Positions 60,530 through 64,000 of a DNA stretch of 64,000 nucleotides are shown piece after piece. Source of the stretch: Squalus acanthias (taxonomy: Eukaryota). A program made the translations under genes and the position numbers. The stretch spans positions 6,386,001 to 6,450,000 of the forward strand of contig CM059453.1 in NCBI GenBank assembly GCA_030390025.1. The letters are read 5' to 3'. Position 1 is the first letter of the stretch; every line of letters begins with the position of its first letter. The notes under the pieces are model-generated. The model was given only the letters and a program-made list of their open reading frames with translations. It ran no database searches and had not been told where the DNA came from.

Positions 60530-62655
60530 CCTAGAATCAAAGAATCATAGAATGGGTTACAGCACTGAAGTAGTACATTCGGCCCGTCGAGCCCGTGCCA
60601 GCTCTCTGCAAGAGCACTTCAGCTAGTCCCACTACCCCCGCCCTTTCCCCGTAGCCCTGCAATTCTTTTTTCCTAAAGTTACTCTGTCTGTTCCCTTTTG
60701 AAAGCCACGATTGAACCTTCCTCCACCACACTTTCAGGCAGTGCATTGCAGATCATAATCACTCGCTGCGTATAAAAAGTTGTCCGCATGTCGCCTTTGA
60801 TTCTTCTGCCAATCACCTTGAATCTGTGTCTTCTGCTTCTCGATACCTTTCGCCAATGGGAACAGTTTTTCTCCATCTACTCGGTCTAGACCCCTCATGA
60901 TTTTGAACACCTCTATCAAATCTCCTCTCAACCTTCTCTGCTCTAAGGAGAACAATCCCTGCTTCTCCAGTCTATCCACGTAACTGAAGGCCCCCATCCA
61001 TGGAAGCCTTCTTCTCATCTTTTCTGCACCCGCACTAAGTCCTTCACATCCTTCCTAAAGTGCAGTTCCCAGAATTGTACACAATACCTCAGTTGAGGCC
61101 GAACCTGTGTTGTTTAAATCTTCAGCATGACTTCCTAGCATTTGAACTCTAAGACTCTATTTGTGAAGCCCAGGATCCCGTAGGCTTTTTAGTTATTTAA
61201 ACAGGATTCGCCTTTAACATGCCCGTGCTGGCTTTCCTTAATTATTCCACACTTGTCTCAGTGACTGTTAATTTTGTTCCAGATTATTGTTTCTAAAAGC
61301 TTCCCCACTACCGAGGTTAAACTGACTGGCATGTAGTTGCTGGGTTTATCCTCACATATTTTTTGAACAAGGGTGTAACATTTGCAATCTCCAATAATCT
61401 GGCACCACCCCCGTATCCAAAGAGGATCGAAAGATTATGGACAGTACCTCCGTGATTTCCACTTTTCCTTCCCTCAGCATCTTAGGATGCATCCCATCCG
61501 GTCTTGTTGACTTATCTACTTTAAGTACAGCCAGCCATTCTAGTACCTCCTCCTTCTTAATTTTTATCCCATCCAGTAGCTCACTACTTCCTCTTTTACC
61601 ACGAATTTGGCAGCATCTTCTTCCTTGTTAAAGGCAGATGCAAAGTACTCATTTAGTTCCTCAGACATGCCCTCTGCCTCCTTGCGTACTTTTCCATCTT
61701 GGTCCCTAATCAGCCCCACCCCTCCTCTTACTACCCGTTTACTATTTATATGCCTATTCAACACTTTTGAAATACCTTTTATGTTAGCTGCCAACCTATT
61801 CACATATTCTCTCTCTGCCCCTCTTATTTCCTTTTAAACTTCCCCTCTGAATTTTCAATATTCAGCCTGGTTCTCACTTGAATTCTCAACCTGACAGCTG
61901 TTATACGTGTCCTTTTTCTATCCATCTTACTCACTGTCTCTTTCGTCACCCACGGAGCTCTGGCTTTGGTCGGTCTACCTTTCCCCCTCGTAGGAATGTA
62001 CCTCGACTGTACCCGAACCACTTCCTCTTTAAAGGCAGCCCAATGTTCGATTACAGTTCTGCTTGCCAATATTTAATTCCAATTAACCTGGCCCAGATCC
62101 ATTCTCAACCCACTGAAATTGGCCTTTTTCCAATTAAGTATTTTTAATCTAGATTGCACCCTGTCCTTTTCCCTTGCTAATCTAAACCTTCTGATACTGT
62201 GATCACTTTTCCCTAAATGTCCCCCTACTAACACTTGCTCTACTTGACCCACCTCATTCCCCAGAACCAGATCCAACCATGCGTCCTTCCTCGTTGGGCC
62301 AGAAACATCCGGATCAAGAAAGTTTTCCTGAACAGACTATAGAACTTCTTGCCCCTCTCTGCCACTTACACTATTACTATCCCAGACTATATTATCAAGT
62401 TGAAGTCCCCAATTATCAATACTCTTTATTTCTGGCACCTCTCTGTAATTTCCCTGCAAAGTTGCTCCTCTATATATTTCCCACTAGTTGATGGTCTATA
62501 GAATACACCTAGAAGTGCAATGGCACCTCTATTATTACTCAACTCTAATCAAATATATTCTGTCCTTGGCCCTGCCAGGATATCCTTTCTCTCCAGCACT
62601 GTAATATTCTCCTTGTGCAATTCTGCCACCTACCGCCTTTTTTTCCTTCCCTTCC
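60530..62655 (-). mobile_element. Internally deleted CR1 (paralog of 53535-55645)
   Basis: DLVLGNE..SDH..WKKANF and RT pieces. Confidence 0.9.
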
Positions 62656-62854
62656 TCTTACACTCTAGAGAAATGTAAAGCTCAAATCTGTCCAAATCTA
62701 ACTGATTTAGTTGTCTCAGCTTCATTCCTACTTTTCCCTGCTTCAGCGGATTTCTCTCTGAAAACGAAAACTTCTGCTTAGCTACCCCAACTGTATAATT
62801 CCATTTCACAAGCTCATCTATTATTAGCGTTAATTTCTCTATTTTATCTAAAAG

Positions 62855-63646
62855 ATAATGCATTTGGGGAGCGTTAACAAGGAAAGGGAATGTACATTAA
62901 ATATTGGGACACTGAATAGTGTAGAGGAACAAAGGGACCTTGGAGTGCATGTCCACAGATCCCTGAAGGAAGCAGGACAGGTAGATGAGGTGGTTAAGAA
63001 GGCATACGGAATGCTTGCCTTTATAAGCCTTGGCATAGAGCACAAGAGCAGGGGGGTTATGCTTCAACTGTACAAAACACTAGTTAGGCCTCAGCTAGAG
63101 TACTGCGTGCAGTTCTGGTCACCACATTATAGGAAAGATGTGATTGCATTAGAGAGGTTACAGAGGAGATGTACAAGGATGTTTCCGGGAGTAGAGAATC
63201 TTAGCAATGAGGAAAAACTGGAAAGGTTGTGTTTTTTTTCCTTGTAACTGAGGAGGCAGACGGGAGACCTTATGGAGGTGTATAAAATTATGAGGGGCAC
63301 AGATAAAGTGGATAGAAAGGACCTATTTCCCTTAGCAGAAGGGTCACAAACCAGGGGGCACAGATTTAAAGTAATTGGTGGAAGGTTTGGAGGGATTTGG
63401 GGGGAGATTTCTTCACCCAGATGTTTGCGGGGGTCTGGAACTCACTGCCTGAAAGGTTGGTATAGCCAGGAACCCTAACCACATTTAAAAAGTACTTGGA
63501 TGTGCACTTGGAATGCTGTAATCTGCAAGGCTACTGACCAAGAGCTGGGAAGTGGGATTAGGCTGGATAGCTCTTTGTTGGCCGGCGCGGACACGATGGG
63601 CCGAAATGGCCTCCTCCCGTGCTGTAACATGCTATGATTCTATGAC
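62855..63646 (+). mobile_element. CR1 LINE 3' fragment (paralog of 55861-56655)
   Basis: ORF 62858-63247. Confidence 0.92.
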
Positions 63647-64000
63647 TGTCAAAAGAAAGACATTGCATTTATATCGCACTTTCACGACCGCCGAACGTCC
63701 CAATGTGCTTTACAGTCAGTGAAGTTCTTTGGAAGAGTAGCAATTTTGCAATGTAAGAAACGCGGCATCCAATTAGCACTCAGCAAGTTCCCACAAACGG
63801 CAACGTGTTGCCTAGGTCCGAAGCTCTGGAATTCCCTCCATAATCCTCGCCTCCTCGCTACCTCACTTTCCTCCATTAAGACATTCCTTAAAACCTACCG
63901 ATTTGACCAAGCTTTTGGTCACCTGCTCTAATTTATCCTTATGTGGCTCGGTGTCAGTTTGTTTGTCTTAAAATACTCCTGTGCATCGCCTTGGGACGTT

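Larger units (their letters stand above)
51780..64000. repeat. Tandem segmental duplication 51780-57050 ~ 57060-64000
   Basis: Colinear unique DNA, SINE, opposed CR1s and L2 tail. Duplicate ORF pairs 53317/60312, 53758/60734, 55997/62858. Confidence 0.93.

Overview
Eukaryotic, repeat-rich genomic DNA with several N-gaps, most likely from a cartilaginous fish (inferred from HE1/V-SINE, Deu-type SINEs, CR1 LINEs and Penelope-like elements; species cannot be called). The gene content is an immunoglobulin-superfamily receptor cluster in birth-and-death evolution. (i) A plus-strand Siglec/MAG/CD22-like gene (29905-39928): signal exon, V-set, three C2-set domains, TM exon and cytoplasmic exons. It lacks the sialic-acid-binding Arg, has an Arg in the TM, has one stop in a skippable exon, and its ITIM/ITIM-like tail has lost both tyrosines. 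(ii) A head-to-head, minus-strand Siglec-like pseudogene (22748-28969) with a partial paralog at 6883-7141. (iii) A more tentative decayed V-Ig/Tyr-motif receptor present in two copies. The window is built from segmental duplications: 866-7294 ~ 14140-23155; 8040-12170 ~ 40300-43900; 48580-49880 ~ 50060-51330; 51780-57050 ~ 57060-64000. The rest is CR1 fragments (one with a 611-aa open RT frame), SINEs, Harbinger-like MITEs carrying promoter motifs, Penelope fragments with minimal hammerhead ribozymes, and mini/microsatellites. All identities and alignments were judged by eye.
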